Below are positions 63,660 through 64,000 of a DNA stretch of 64,000 nt, piece after piece. The notes beneath the pieces are model-generated. The model made no database searches, was not told the origin of the DNA, and saw only the letters and a program-made list of their open reading frames with translations. The position numbers and the translations under genes are program-made. Every line of letters begins with the position of its first letter. Position 1 is the first letter of the stretch. Location of the stretch: sequence record NC_048673.1, one strand, 5' to 3'.

Positions 63660-63958
63660 AAATGGCAGGTTTAGTATTAAATGGCGCAAAAACTGTTGGG
63701 CCGGGGCCTTGGTTACCAAGTCAGGTTATTGGAACCACAACTACGGTTTTTGCTAACGGAAAACAAATTCTAGTTAGAGAAGATGATAGGGTGATTACTC
63801 ACATAAAGCCCGGTGATGACCCAAGTCCGAAGTCTGGACTTGTTATCGCCAGTAGCGCGAAAGTATTCATCGAAGGGAAACGGGTTGCGCAATTAGCAGA
63901 TCTTTGTACAGAAGGGGAAGTTATTGTGGAATGTTCATCTAATGTATTTGTTGTTTGA
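63656..63958 (+). CDS. 5.4: PAAR-like spike tip protein
   Basis: About 100 aa; TVFANG, KVFIEGKRVAQLAD, SSNVFV; syntenic after 5.1. Confidence 0.85.
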   Translation: MKMAGLVLNGAKTVGPGPWLPSQVIGTTTTVFANGKQILVREDDRVITHIKPGDDPSPKSGLVIASSAKVFIEGKRVAQLADLCTEGEVIVECSSNVFVV

Positions 63959-64000
63959 GGTTTATTATGGCTGGATTTTTTGGAAACAGATTAAAAATTA

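Overview
64 kb of a large, AT-rich T4-like (Straboviridae-type) myophage genome; the host cannot be read from the sequence, but the layout resembles large Aeromonas/Vibrio-type T4 relatives (inference). 1-33.7 kb (+): a hypervariable early region of dozens of small ORFs behind sigma70-like promoters, containing several paralogue families plus an orphan N6-adenine methyltransferase, YqeY, ndd, topoisomerase gene 52, asiA, an Arr-like ADP-ribosyltransferase, a Mom-like DNA-modification enzyme and a macrodomain. 33.7-39 kb (+): spanins, a 1316-aa gp36-type tail fibre and the endolysin. 39-57.6 kb (-): tk, ParB-like protein, Hoc, a P-loop kinase, a ferritin-like protein, 10 tRNAs interleaved with several structured non-coding segments, a J-domain protein, then 57A, 1, 3, 29-like, 26/51-like, 54, 2 and 4. 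57.7-64 kb (+): 48, 53, 27-like, 5, 5.1 and 5.4. Main leads: (1) a predicted -1 ribosomal frameshift (T TTT TTC) that would let one gene make both a gp26-like and a gp51-like protein directly upstream of the tape-measure-like gene, analogous to lambda G/G-T; (2) a compact GOLLD-like large ncRNA in the tRNA cluster; (3) an attenuator-like RNA with mutually exclusive helices; (4) Mom, ART and macrodomain enzymes, candidate capsid-packaged effectors, and a triplicated Cys-motif lipoprotein family. All family assignments rest on motif recognition and recalled reference sequences; no database search was run.
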